A stretch of 64,000 nucleotides of DNA from Chlorobiota bacterium (GTDB taxonomy: Bacteria > Bacteroidota > Ignavibacteria > Kapaibacteriales > NICIL-2), in NCBI GenBank assembly GCA_039810585.1, contig JBDHXF010000006.1, positions 12,486 through 76,485 on the forward strand. The letters are read 5' to 3'. The notes beneath the pieces are model-generated. The model worked only from the letters and a program-made list of their open reading frames with translations, was not told the DNA's origin and did not search any database. Shown piece after piece: positions 30,178 to 39,329 of the stretch (positions within the stretch are counted from its first letter, which is position 1; the number at the start of each line of letters is the position of its first letter). The position numbers were made by a program, and so were the translations under genes.

Positions 30178-32270
30178 GCAAGCTCCTTCACAGAGCTTGT
30201 ACACATCTTCATGATTTCCGGAACATCCAGAATCATGATCACGCGACCGTCGCCCAGGATAGTAGAACCGGATACTCCGCGGATGCCTTCGAAGGCCGCG
30301 CCGAGCGACTTAATCACAATCTCTCGTTGTCCGAGAAGATTATCAACGATCAGACCGATCCGCTGTTCGCCAAACTGCATGACCACGGTGTAGAATGAAT
30401 CTTCTGTGCGCGGAGCTGCAGAGTCGCGTCCCATCACTTCGTTCAATCGAATCAACGGTAACACATTGCCACGCAGAAGTGTGGCTTCGCGCGATTGGAT
30501 GGTCTGTACATCGCTGCGTTCGAGGCGGATCACTTCTATCACCGACTCCAGCGGCATCGAAAAGATCTCATCCTTCACCTCCACTAACAAAGCCTGAATA
30601 ATAGCCAGCGTTAGCGGCAGCTTAATCGTAAACACACTACCGCGTCCGAGCTGCGAGTCGATACTGATCGAGCCTTTCAGCTTTAGGATGTTTGTCTTCA
30701 CCACGTCCATCCCAACGCCGCGTCCGGACACATTGGTGATCTTCTTTGCGGTACTAAATCCGGGCATGAAGATGAGCTTGAAAGCCTCTTGATCACTCAT
30801 GTGTTCGGCTTCCTGCTCGGTAATGACTCCACGCGAAATCGCGACATTCTTCAGCACGGCCGGATCCATTCCTTTGCCATCATCGATGATAGAGATGGCA
30901 ATGTGGTTGCCGGCATGTTCAGCTTTGACGCTGATCGTTCCCTTACGCGGCTTGCCCAGCTTCTCGCGTTCTTCGGGAGTTTCCACTCCGTGGTCGGCAG
31001 CGTTGCGCAGCAAGTGGATGAAGGGATCGTTGAGTTCTTCAATCAACGTTTTATCGAGTTCCGTATCCTCACCGCTGAGTTGCAGATCGATGTCTTTGCT
31101 CATTTCCTTGCACAAGTCTCGCACCAAGCGCGGGAGCTTGTTGTAGATCTTGGCCATCGACACCATGCGCGTACTCATCACGGCGGCTTGCAGCTCGGTA
31201 GAAATGAAGTCGATATGGGTACTGGTTTCCAGCAACTCTTTGACGATCGGATGCGTGTCCATCTCGTCGTTCAACTTGTGAATCAACTGCGAGAAACGAT
31301 TGCGACCGAGCACCAACTCACCGACAAGGTTCATGAGGCTATCGAGGCGCTGCACGTCGACACGAATGGTCGATTCCGCGTTCTTCACCAAGTTATCCTT
31401 CGCGGTGACAGGCTTAGTCTCTACTTTCTGCTCGATTTTTTGTTCGGGTTTTGAATCTGATTTCGGTTCCGATTTCAGTTCTGTTTTCGGTTCCGGTTTC
31501 AGTTCTTCATGAGATGACGGCGGAGCCGGCGAGAATTGAATCAATGGTGCATCGTCCATTTTCTGCGCTTGCAACGTCACCGTGTTTTCGGACGAGACAT
31601 CGCTTGAAGCTGTGAGTGCCGGAAGCTCGATGCTTAGAGGTTCAAGATGCTTTTCTGCGATGACGCTTTGCAGCGAGGCCAGAGCTTCAGCCATGGCACG
31701 TGCGCGTTCATCGTCGGGGGAACTAGTTGCTGCTGTGGCTGATTGAGACGGTGCAGAGGGAATTTCTGTTTGAGCGATTTCTGCAGGAGACATTTCTTCA
31801 GACGTTGCAGCTAAAGCTGCCGTCTCCACAGGAGTGTCATTGGTTGGTACAGCAGTGTCGCTTAGTTCTTTGAGTCGCACGAAATACTCATTGAGCTCGT
31901 AGTGCGGGATACTCTTGTTTTCGATATCATCGAGCATCTCCCGCAGTTGATCGTACACAATCAGGCTGTAGTCGATGTGTGCCGGCGTGATGATTACCGT
32001 GCCACGGCGAGCAGCGTTGAGCAGATCTTCAAAGTGGTGAGAGAGTTCGGTGAATTGCATGAAGCCGAGGAAGGACGAGGTGCCTTTCAGGGTATGGACA
32101 GCGCGAAAGATGGTGTTGAGCAAGTCGGAATCTGTAGGCCGTTGCTCGAGGTCCATGAGGTCGCTGCCAAGCTTTTCCATGAGTTCCTTGGACTCGATGA
32201 GAAAGCTATCTAAGATTTCTGCCATATCCGGCTCGAAAGCCATCATTGATTGTTCGTTTGCTGCATCCAT
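30174..32270 (-). CDS. cheA: Chemotaxis histidine kinase CheA (no recognisable P2 domain; long low-complexity linker)
   Basis: HPt RAVHTLKGTSSFLGF. N-box HLLRNAADHG. G1 DDGKGMD. G2 GRGVGMD. C-terminal CheW-like domain. ATG 32270 inside the tracked ORF. Confidence 0.95.
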   Translation of the reverse strand: MDAANEQSMMAFEPDMAEILDSFLIESKELMEKLGSDLMDLEQRPTDSDLLNTIFRAVHTLKGTSSFLGFMQFTELSHHFEDLLNAARRGTVIITPAHIDYSLIVYDQLREMLDDIENKSIPHYELNEYFVRLKELSDTAVPTNDTPVETAALAATSEEMSPAEIAQTEIPSAPSQSATAATSSPDDERARAMAEALASLQSVIAEKHLEPLSIELPALTASSDVSSENTVTLQAQKMDDAPLIQFSPAPPSSHEELKPEPKTELKSEPKSDSKPEQKIEQKVETKPVTAKDNLVKNAESTIRVDVQRLDSLMNLVGELVLGRNRFSQLIHKLNDEMDTHPIVKELLETSTHIDFISTELQAAVMSTRMVSMAKIYNKLPRLVRDLCKEMSKDIDLQLSGEDTELDKTLIEELNDPFIHLLRNAADHGVETPEEREKLGKPRKGTISVKAEHAGNHIAISIIDDGKGMDPAVLKNVAISRGVITEQEAEHMSDQEAFKLIFMPGFSTAKKITNVSGRGVGMDVVKTNILKLKGSISIDSQLGRGSVFTIKLPLTLAIIQALLVEVKDEIFSMPLESVIEVIRLERSDVQTIQSREATLLRGNVLPLIRLNEVMGRDSAAPRTEDSFYTVVMQFGEQRIGLIVDNLLGQREIVIKSLGAAFEGIRGVSGSTILGDGRVIMILDVPEIMKMCTSSVKELA

Positions 32271-32277
32271 GTCAGTG

Positions 32278-33000
32278 CTATCCTTGCAAGTTCTGGTTGA
32301 TTTGATTGAAGAGGTCATCCACCGCGCTTTGACGAGAGACCGACGAATCGAATTTCGCGTCAGGGTTAAACGAGCCGTCTCTCTGCGTCTCAGGATGCAC
32401 ATTCTCCGCTTTGTTTGTGGAGAACATGTGTTTGAGATTTGTCTGCACATTGTTCACCATCTGTCCCGCTCCCGCCAATTGTTGCGAGGTAATATCCTGC
32501 ACCTGCAATATCATGGCGATGGACGAAGCGCTACGGCGCACGTGTTCAATGGTTTCTGCGATGGCGCTCAAGGACTGAACGATAGACAATTCATACGCAC
32601 ACAGTGCGTTGTGCATCACTTCCACATAGTTGCGGATATGCTCATCGCTATTGGTTCGCTCTGTGCTGCGCGCATCTTCGAGCAACTTGTGTATATCTGT
32701 AATGGCAACCTTTGAGCTCTGCACATGACGTTGAATACTATTGGCGAATTCTCCAATCGTCTCTGTTTCATTCATGATGCTGAGAGCTGCTTCCTCGTTG
32801 GCGTTGGAAATGTTATGAAGCTTTTCCTGAACCTGAGGAAGGGCTTCCTTCCCGTGATCGACAACAGTCTGAGCCTTGCCCATAAGCGTAGACGCTTTGC
32901 CGAGCAGAGTGATCAGATTCTGTAGATCTGCCGTGTGATCAATCGTAGCGTCGTGTTCAGCAGGCAGATGTTGTTCCATGTCCGGTGTAAATTCTTCCAT
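32278..33000 (-). CDS. cheZ: CheZ-like CheY-P phosphatase candidate (240 aa)
   Basis: Helical protein with LQVQDITSQQL, which has the same D-x3-Q spacing as the E. coli CheZ catalytic FQDLTGQ. The acidic C-terminal SAVDDLFNQINQ resembles the CheY-binding tail (QVDDLLDSLGF). Sits between cheY and cheA. Confidence 0.55.
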   Translation of the reverse strand: MEEFTPDMEQHLPAEHDATIDHTADLQNLITLLGKASTLMGKAQTVVDHGKEALPQVQEKLHNISNANEEAALSIMNETETIGEFANSIQRHVQSSKVAITDIHKLLEDARSTERTNSDEHIRNYVEVMHNALCAYELSIVQSLSAIAETIEHVRRSASSIAMILQVQDITSQQLAGAGQMVNNVQTNLKHMFSTNKAENVHPETQRDGSFNPDAKFDSSVSRQSAVDDLFNQINQNLQG

Positions 33001-33060
33001 TCTCGATTCCTTCTTGAAGATGATACTGAGCAAAGCGTATACAAAAAGCGCGAGCGCCTT

Positions 33061-33450
33061 TTAGTTCAGGCTTTGCAGTATGGACTCGATTTTTTCACGA
33101 AGCCCGGCCGGAGTAAAGGGTTTGACGATGTAGTTGTTAACGCGTGCTTTCACGGCTTCGACCACGTCTTCCTTGTTGTCGCGCGTTGTCACCATGAGCA
33201 CGGGCATGTTTTGAGTGACCGTATTTGCTCGCATCCACTTTACCAGATCGAGACCGGTCATATTTGGCATGTTCCAATCCGTAATCACGAAATCCGGATT
33301 GAATGTCAGAATCTTCTCGGCGCCGTCGCGACCATCAACGGCTTCCACTACATTATCCACTCCAAAACCGTTGAGGGCATTGAGCACAATGCGACGCATG
33401 GTTGGCGAGTCGTCAACGATCAGATAGCGAAGTTTGGTCATGTCTTGCAT
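33061..33450 (-). CDS. cheY: Chemotaxis response regulator CheY
   Basis: Stand-alone receiver: LIVDDSPTMRR, DWNMPNMTG, KPFT. Confidence 0.9.
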   Translation of the reverse strand: MQDMTKLRYLIVDDSPTMRRIVLNALNGFGVDNVVEAVDGRDGAEKILTFNPDFVITDWNMPNMTGLDLVKWMRANTVTQNMPVLMVTTRDNKEDVVEAVKARVNNYIVKPFTPAGLREKIESILQSLN

Positions 33451-33463
33451 GCAGTCTCCTGTT

Positions 33464-33829
33464 TCAGCTTAGGTATTTGGATACTTGATATAAAATTTTG
33501 TTCTTGTCAAAGGGCTTTTGGATGTAGGCTTTGATGCCTTGCTTGCTCAGCTCATCGCGGTTTTCGTCGTCGGCGAGCGACGACAGCACAATTACGGGAA
33601 GGTCGCGATAATCTTGCGAGTCGCGCAGAGAACGAATGAGTTCGATGCCATCCACGTTGGGCATGTTGAGGTCGGTGAGAAGCAAATCGCACGGTTGAGC
33701 GGGAAGTTTTTCCAAAGCCTCCATGCCGTCGCTTGCAAACACAACGTTGAAACCGCTCAGCTCGAGGGTCTTTCCCACGAGCTTTCGCACCGTGGCGGAG
33801 TCATCGACAACGAGAACAGTTTTTTTCAT
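33464..33829 (-). CDS. Second stand-alone CheY-like receiver protein (121 aa)
   Basis: MKKTVLVVDDSATVRK..., DLNMPNVDG, KPF. ATG 33829. The tracked ORF's upstream extension overlaps cheR and was discarded. Confidence 0.85.
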   Translation of the reverse strand: MKKTVLVVDDSATVRKLVGKTLELSGFNVVFASDGMEALEKLPAQPCDLLLTDLNMPNVDGIELIRSLRDSQDYRDLPVIVLSSLADDENRDELSKQGIKAYIQKPFDKNKILYQVSKYLS

Positions 33830-33831
33830 GG

Positions 33832-34722
33832 TTATTCCTTCGAGTACACAACAGTGTGTGGATGACTTTGCAACGTGAATGCGCTCGAAATCCCGTGAAG
33901 CGATTCCGAGTGCCCGATGAACATGTAGCCTCCGGGATTCAACGCGTCGTACAGATCCGACACGATTTGAATCTTGGATTCTTTGTTGAAATAGATCAAC
34001 ACATTGCAGCAATAGATCACGTCGAACTGGCGCATCGTGCGCATCTTGGCGTGATCGTAGAGGTTGCAATGTTCGAAGCGCACGTAGGGTCGGAGTTGGT
34101 CTGAGACCACGTAGTTCTGTCCCTCAACCTTCAAGTACTTCTTCATGTAGTATTCCGGCATACTGCGAACGGAGAACTGACGGTACACGCCTCGTCGGGC
34201 TGTAGCCAGCACTTCCGCATTGATGTCGGTTCCCACTATTTCCAGATCGACCGTCGGATACTTGGGCTTTATTTTTTCCAGGAAAATCATCGCCAGAGTA
34301 TAGGCTTCTTCACCGCTGGAACTGGCCGAACTCCAGATGCGGAGCTTCTTTCGAGGTGAGGCTGCCTTGGCTGCAAGAATCTTGGGAATCAACGCCTTCT
34401 CCAGCACTTCGAACTGGGCGTCGTTGCGGAAAAAGTAGGTTTCGTTAATCGTGACGTGATTGAACAACTCTTGCAGTTCTGCTGCAGCTCCGGCAGAGCT
34501 GCGCAGGTGGCGCAGATATTCCTCGAAGCTGTGCATGTTGAGCAGACGCAGACGTTTTCCCAAACGACCTTCCAGCAAATACTTCTTCATATCCTGGAAG
34601 TAGATGCCGGTTTTCTGGTAGATGAACTCGCGCAGATGGGCAAAGGTCTCGTCCGACATCACCACAGCCGGTGTGGGCGCTGCCAGATTAAGCGAGGTGG
34701 GAAGTTTAAACGTGCTTTCCAT
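33832..34722 (-). CDS. cheR: Chemotaxis protein methyltransferase CheR
   Basis: ETYFFRN motif and SAM-binding region LRIWSSASSSGEEAYTLAM. Confidence 0.95.
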   Translation of the reverse strand: MESTFKLPTSLNLAAPTPAVVMSDETFAHLREFIYQKTGIYFQDMKKYLLEGRLGKRLRLLNMHSFEEYLRHLRSSAGAAAELQELFNHVTINETYFFRNDAQFEVLEKALIPKILAAKAASPRKKLRIWSSASSSGEEAYTLAMIFLEKIKPKYPTVDLEIVGTDINAEVLATARRGVYRQFSVRSMPEYYMKKYLKVEGQNYVVSDQLRPYVRFEHCNLYDHAKMRTMRQFDVIYCCNVLIYFNKESKIQIVSDLYDALNPGGYMFIGHSESLHGISSAFTLQSHPHTVVYSKE

Positions 34723-34889
34723 TAGAATGCGCTCTCGCCCTCGCTGGATTCGTCCAACATCATGGCTTGATCGTAGTCGAGCATCATGAGAATATCGTCC
34801 ACCATGGTTCTCGTTTCATCATGCATGTGCGCACGCAAGTGCGCAAGAATTGAGAACACCTGAGCGACCGTTTCTCCGCCGGCTTCCAT
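34722..34889 (-). CDS. Untracked 55-aa acidic micro-ORF (MEAGGETVAQVFSILAHLRAHMHDETRTMVDDILMMLDYDQAMMLDESSEGESAF)
   Basis: Hand-translated. It exactly fills the gap between the HEAT gene and cheR. Its TAA stop overlaps the cheR ATG (TAATG). It is below the 60-aa cutoff of the ORF track. No homology known to me. Confidence 0.35.
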   Translation of the reverse strand: MEAGGETVAQVFSILAHLRAHMHDETRTMVDDILMMLDYDQAMMLDESSEGESAF

Positions 34890-34904
34890 CACCACCGAAC
34901 AGTG

Positions 34905-35957
34905 TTAGCGGAATACCGTGAGCAATACCAACTGCTGAGCGGATTCAAGGCTCACGTCCGTACTCATGAGTATCTGTAAGATTTCTTCCAATGCGCGCGG
35001 ACGCTGTCCGATAGCTTTAACCAACACAGCATCTAATGCCGCACTATGTCCGGCCACGCTCACCAGTGTCATCAAGGCATCGCTCTCCGGGAAGGACGCC
35101 AGTGCACTGGCGGCCGCCATCGCATAGGCCTCGTTTGAAGAATGCAGCATGGCGGAGAGCGACATGGCAAAACCGCGGAGTTCCTCCGTGCTGCCATATC
35201 GCTGCTGATGAATGCGAATGAGTGCATACATCGCTGCGTGTTGGACTTCTGCTATGGGTGAAATAATCAATTCATGCAGGAAGGGCATTGCCAGCTCCGT
35301 TCCACACAGCGCGAGGGAGTCGAGGATGGTGGCCAGTAACAATTCATCAGGTTCAGCAGCGTCGAGTTGACGCTGCGCTTCTTCGAGCAGAAAGTGTTCG
35401 GCTTCATCACCGCCGATTTTCCCCATGGCTTCGCAAATCGTTACGCGCATACTTTCATCGTTCTCGTGAAGACTCCGAAGTGCAGCGAGTGATTTGCGTG
35501 ACTTCATATTACCCAACGCTTCCACCACAGAAATGCGAACGTTATCATCCGGATCTCTGAGCAGCGCGCTCAACGCGTGATCGGCGCCATTGTCAGGGAT
35601 GAGACCAAGGATATCTACCACAAACTTTCGCACGTCATGATCGGGGTTTGCAAGTGCAGGAACCAAGGCAGGAACTGCGCGAAGCTGCATGTTGATGAGG
35701 AGCAGTGAAGCGGCGTTGCGGACCACCAGATTTTTCTGATCCAGGCAACGCACGAGCTCTGTGTAGACTGCAGGACAACGCAAGGCTTCGAGCGAACTGA
35801 AGGCTGCTGCGCGTACGCCCCGGGCGGAATCGCCAAGACCTTCGATCAAGCGTTGGACAGAGGCAGCGTTATCGGCGCTTGCCAATGATTCCATTTCCTG
35901 ACGTCGCTCGTCCACTGTGCTGTTGCTGTGTTCCATGTTTGTCATTCCTTGATTCAT
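34905..35957 (-). CDS. HEAT/PBS-lyase-repeat protein embedded in the che operon
   Basis: Repeated units such as GLGDSARGVRAAAFSSLEAL, ALANPDHDVRKFVVDILG and LLRDPDDNVRISVVEALGNM. Confidence 0.8.
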   Translation of the reverse strand: MNQGMTNMEHSNSTVDERRQEMESLASADNAASVQRLIEGLGDSARGVRAAAFSSLEALRCPAVYTELVRCLDQKNLVVRNAASLLLINMQLRAVPALVPALANPDHDVRKFVVDILGLIPDNGADHALSALLRDPDDNVRISVVEALGNMKSRKSLAALRSLHENDESMRVTICEAMGKIGGDEAEHFLLEEAQRQLDAAEPDELLLATILDSLALCGTELAMPFLHELIISPIAEVQHAAMYALIRIHQQRYGSTEELRGFAMSLSAMLHSSNEAYAMAAASALASFPESDALMTLVSVAGHSAALDAVLVKAIGQRPRALEEILQILMSTDVSLESAQQLVLLTVFR

Positions 35958-35999
35958 CCACCGACATTGTTGCGAGTTCGACGAGTGTGCGTAGACTGA

Positions 36000-36491
36000 C
36001 TAGATCACGGCATCAGCTGCGACGCTGAATTCTTCGTGCAACAGTTTTTCCGGATCGAGGAGGATAATGAGTCGCTCCTCAAACTTTGCCACGTTGCGGA
36101 TGTACTCTGTTTGTGTGTTCCCGAGCATCGGCGGAGTGTCTTCAATCACAGACTGCGGAATACTGAGAACCTTTAGTACTTGGTCGACCACGAAGCCTAC
36201 CACTTTGTCGCTCAATTCCACCACGATAATGCGCGTGTTATGGTCGTGCTCAATGCGCTGAAAGCCAAACAGGGTGCGCAGATCGATCACCGGTATGACC
36301 TTACCGCGCAGGTTAATCACGCCGTCGATATGATCTTTAGAGTTCGGTACGCGAGTCACATCCATCGTGCGGTTGATTTCCTGCACTTTCAGAATGTCCA
36401 CACCATACTCCTCGCCATTGATCTTGAAGCTGACCACCTGGACAATAGAATCAATCGTCGTCGCCGTTTTCGAATGAGCAAAGGTTTCCAT
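36000..36491 (-). CDS. cheW: Chemotaxis coupling protein CheW
   Basis: VVSFKINGEEYGVDILKVQEI...VINLRGKVIPVIDLR is the CheW fold signature. Confidence 0.9.
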   Translation of the reverse strand: METFAHSKTATTIDSIVQVVSFKINGEEYGVDILKVQEINRTMDVTRVPNSKDHIDGVINLRGKVIPVIDLRTLFGFQRIEHDHNTRIIVVELSDKVVGFVVDQVLKVLSIPQSVIEDTPPMLGNTQTEYIRNVAKFEERLIILLDPEKLLHEEFSVAADAVI

Positions 36492-36946
36492 AACACCTCA
36501 AATAGGAATAGTTGTTGATTTGCTGAAGTAAATCGTCAGGAGAATGACAATACGTGCCTGCGCAAGCGCAGAACACGTCGTGTGCTGTCGATGCCAACTC
36601 TCTGTGCACCGTTCATTGTCATGAGGTATGTGCAGACATACTATGTTCATCTGCTTACTCCACCACAATACCGACTTGTTATTGGCATTTATGACCCAAA
36701 ACACCAATACACAAACACGGGCTTTCGCTGAATTATCGACCAAAAGGGCGAAGAATGAAATGTCAACGTGGCGGAAAAAGTCCACGAGTCAGCTTCAATG
36801 AGTACGTGAGTAAGTTCCCGTGGTGACTGAGCGACATCGCACTCCCTTAAAAAGCCGTCTTCAGTCGTCGTCACGATACTCACTTTGAAGTATGTTTAGT
36901 GCAGAGTCCCCTTTCGAGAGCGACAATTCTTGTATTTTGAGCTTCT

Positions 36947-37678
36947 ATGGAAGAAAAAGTCTACCACTCAAATTTCCAGGTCGAGAGCTCCTATTGGTGG
37001 TTTACGGCCCGGGCACACATCATCCACTCGCTCATCAATCATTATTGTTCGCTGGAAAAAGGCGCAACGGTGGTGGATGTGGGTTGTGGAACGGGAGGCT
37101 TTTTATCGGAATTGGCAAGAGACTACACAGCGGTGGGAACCGACACTTCGCCACTAGCGATAGAGTACTGTCGTAAGCGTGGTCTCGAACACCTACACCT
37201 CGGTCTACTTGACACCTTCCCGCGAGACAAATACACCGTCGACGCGGTGACGATGTTAGATGTGATCGAACATATTGAGGACGACAAAGCAGTGGTCTCT
37301 GAGGTGTACAACCTCATTCGTCCCGGCGGATACTTCATTGCCACCGTCCCCGCCAACGCCTGGATGTGGAGTGCGCACGATATCATTCACATGCATTACC
37401 GTCGTTACTCCAAAGCCCAATTCGCCAAACTCCTTGGCGACGCCGGCTTTGACATCGTGAAGCTCAGTTACTTCAATACTTTTCTTTTCCCCTTGGCGGC
37501 ACTCAAGCGCATGACACAGCGCTCGCTCAAACCGGAAGACATCCACGCGGTAGTCGATCCCGTTCCCGGCATCGTCAACTCCCTATTCGACGGCATATTC
37601 AAAGCGGAAACTCCCTTCCTCAAATCCATGTCATTCCCCTTCGGCGTCAGTCTTGTAGCCATTTGTCGGCGGAAATAA
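36947..37678 (+). CDS. Class I SAM-dependent methyltransferase
   Basis: Motif I VVDVGCGTGGF and post-I/II acidic residues. 243 aa. Confidence 0.85.
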   Translation: MEEKVYHSNFQVESSYWWFTARAHIIHSLINHYCSLEKGATVVDVGCGTGGFLSELARDYTAVGTDTSPLAIEYCRKRGLEHLHLGLLDTFPRDKYTVDAVTMLDVIEHIEDDKAVVSEVYNLIRPGGYFIATVPANAWMWSAHDIIHMHYRRYSKAQFAKLLGDAGFDIVKLSYFNTFLFPLAALKRMTQRSLKPEDIHAVVDPVPGIVNSLFDGIFKAETPFLKSMSFPFGVSLVAICRRK

Positions 37679-37737
37679 CGCTCTATTGTTCGTCAACTGT
37701 GATGGATGCCCGCAACCTAATGAGCGTAGAGTTGAAG

Positions 37738-37963
37738 ATGCTCTAAAAGCACGTCTTTGCGAGCGAAGCGAAGCAATCCCGTCAGCGCAGATCATCGCAT
37801 TGACGAGAATGCTTCGTCGCTTCGCTCCTCGCAGTGATGCGGAATTGTACATGCTCTGAAAGCAAGTCTTTGCGAGCGAATTGAAGCAATCCCGTCAGCG
37901 CAGATCATCGCATTGACGAGATTGCTTCGTCGCTCCGCTCGTCGCAGCGACGCGGAATTGCAA
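37738..37963. repeat. Two tandem copies of a 113-bp unit, each able to fold into a long imperfect hairpin
   Basis: Unit 1 is 37738..37850 and unit 2 is 37851..37963. Arms GAGCGAAGCGAAGCA / TGCTTCG(TCG)CTTCGCTC enclose an inner CGTCA/TGACG stem. Lies between convergent genes. Confidence 0.85.
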
Positions 37964-38018
37964 CGAGTACACTCATTGACGACTCAATATCGAACATTAA
38001 CTTCTTGCATATCCGCCG

Positions 38019-38735
38019 TCACACGCCCAGCAACTCCGCAACCTGTTCGTGCACTTGTTCCATCAGGGCAATTTCTTCATGGCGTGTGTACTCACGTGCT
38101 TCAATGGTCATCGGCTTGCCGATGCGCACAATCACTTTTCCCTTACGGAAGCGTAAGGTTGATTTCGGAAGGACGTGAAAGGTGCCGCTAATTGCGACGG
38201 GCACGATGGGACGTCCCGCCTTTATCGCCAGTATAAACGCACCACGTTTGAACTTTTGCAGAGAGCCGTCGGACGTACGTGTGCCTTCGGCAAAGACCAT
38301 AAGGTCGGAGGGATCGTTAGTGATGGCATCGACGGTGTGTTGAACGGTACTCATGGCATCGCGAGCTTTTTCCCGCACGATGGGAACGAAAGTGGAGTAT
38401 TTGAGCGACCAGCCCATGAATGGTACTTTTTCCAGTTCCTTCTTGTACATGATGCGCACGTCACGCCTGAGCGCGACCTGCATCACCGGAATATCGAAGA
38501 GCGAGGAGTGATTGACGATGAAGATGTACGACTGCTCTGGAGAGAGCAAGTCGAGTCCCTCAACCTTTACATCAACCCCAGAAAACCACAACACGCTGCG
38601 GCACCATGAGCGCACGTAGCCATAACAAATCTGTGCCCGACCGCCAAGAAGACTATGCGACAAGAAGGCAATACCGTGCAGAACCGTGGTACACACGATC
38701 CCAAACGTGCGCAGGATATATTCAGGAATGTTCAC
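38019..38735 (-). CDS. plsC: 1-acyl-sn-glycerol-3-phosphate acyltransferase
   Basis: H-x4-D motif (NHSSLFD), FAEGTRT and IVPVAI blocks. GTG start at 38735. Confidence 0.85.
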   Translation of the reverse strand: MNIPEYILRTFGIVCTTVLHGIAFLSHSLLGGRAQICYGYVRSWCRSVLWFSGVDVKVEGLDLLSPEQSYIFIVNHSSLFDIPVMQVALRRDVRIMYKKELEKVPFMGWSLKYSTFVPIVREKARDAMSTVQHTVDAITNDPSDLMVFAEGTRTSDGSLQKFKRGAFILAIKAGRPIVPVAISGTFHVLPKSTLRFRKGKVIVRIGKPMTIEAREYTRHEEIALMEQVHEQVAELLGV

Positions 38736-38810
38736 GAGGTGACCGAGAATTGAAGGATGTCATGCAAATTTCGCGTAAATTTGTCTTTCGATCACTGCAG
38801 ATCACACTCT

Positions 38811-38888
38811 GCTCGCTTAGCTCAGTCGGTTTAGAGCGTTCGCTTCACACGCGAGAGGTCACAAGTTCAAGTCTTGTAGCGAGCACCA
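38811..38888 (+). tRNA. tRNA-Val: tRNA-Val, anticodon CAC, with encoded CCA
   Basis: Hand-folded cloverleaf. Acceptor GCTCGCT/AGCGAGC. D stem GCTC/GAGC. Anticodon stem TTCGC/GCGAG with loop TT-CAC-AC. T arm ACAAG-TTCAAGT-CTTGT. Discriminator A then CCA (38886..38888). Confidence 0.9.
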
Positions 38889-38898
38889 ACTCACCTTC

Positions 38899-38931
38899 AA
38901 GCCCCTTTCTTCGAGAGAGCGGGCTTTTTTG
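38899..38931 (+). terminator. Probable terminator after tRNA-Val
   Basis: AAGCCC...GGGCTT stem followed by TTTTTT. Confidence 0.5.
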
Positions 38932-39157
38932 TTGTGTGGAAGGCTAGGACACTCACGGACCTTTATCGACACATGGCGATTGCTATCCCTTGGCGCCTGG
39001 TCCGTATACTCCACTCACCCCCACTTTGTCATAAAAACGAACCCTATAACGATGCGCAGCACACTTCAGACGTGTACTGAGTAAGCAAGAGCTCGCACGT
39101 CTCAAAATCCATCCTGTAAAGAATTTTGGGTCAGCGATTCAAGCAGAGTAACTCGAC

Positions 39158-39324
39158 AGCGAGCCACTCGCTCCCCCTCACAATCAGCTCCCCACAAACA
39201 GAAAAACCCCCAATCGCTGCAAAAACGAAAGGGAGTAGTTGCTTTTTCCACCACTTTATCCACATTTTGGACTGAAAGCGGTTCCCGAGTGGGTGGCTCA
39301 CCACCGCAATGCTTGTGTGGAAAT
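39158..39324. repeat. 167-bp direct repeat, copy 1 (left boundary of the nos cluster)
   Basis: 159/167 identical to 50053..50219 with no indels. The core 39196..39305 (110 bp) is identical. Contains AGCGAG-CCA-CTCGCT, TTATCCACA (39256..39264), the 17-mer CCGAGTGGGTGGCTCAC (39285..39301) and TGTGGAAA (39316..39323). Ends 5 nt from the fasciclin stop. Confidence 0.9.
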
Positions 39325-39329
39325 ATGGA

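Noticed and set aside
30789-33534. Plus-strand ORFs of 199-221 aa (30789..31454, 32050..32715, 32935..33534) opposite cheA, cheZ-like and cheY
   Set aside because: All overlap well-supported minus-strand che genes. None has a recognisable domain. They are shadow frames.
37631-38191. 73-aa and 92-aa ORFs across the 113-bp tandem repeats
   Set aside because: Arg/Ser/Ala-rich translations of the hairpin repeats. They also overlap the plsC 3' end.
38811-38888. tRNA-Val 3' end as an att site for the nos segment
   Set aside because: Only 8-9 nt (GTAGCGAG) of the tRNA 3' end recur near 50051 and 50497. That is too short to distinguish from the AGCGAG palindrome family. The real direct repeats start 270 bp away from the tRNA.
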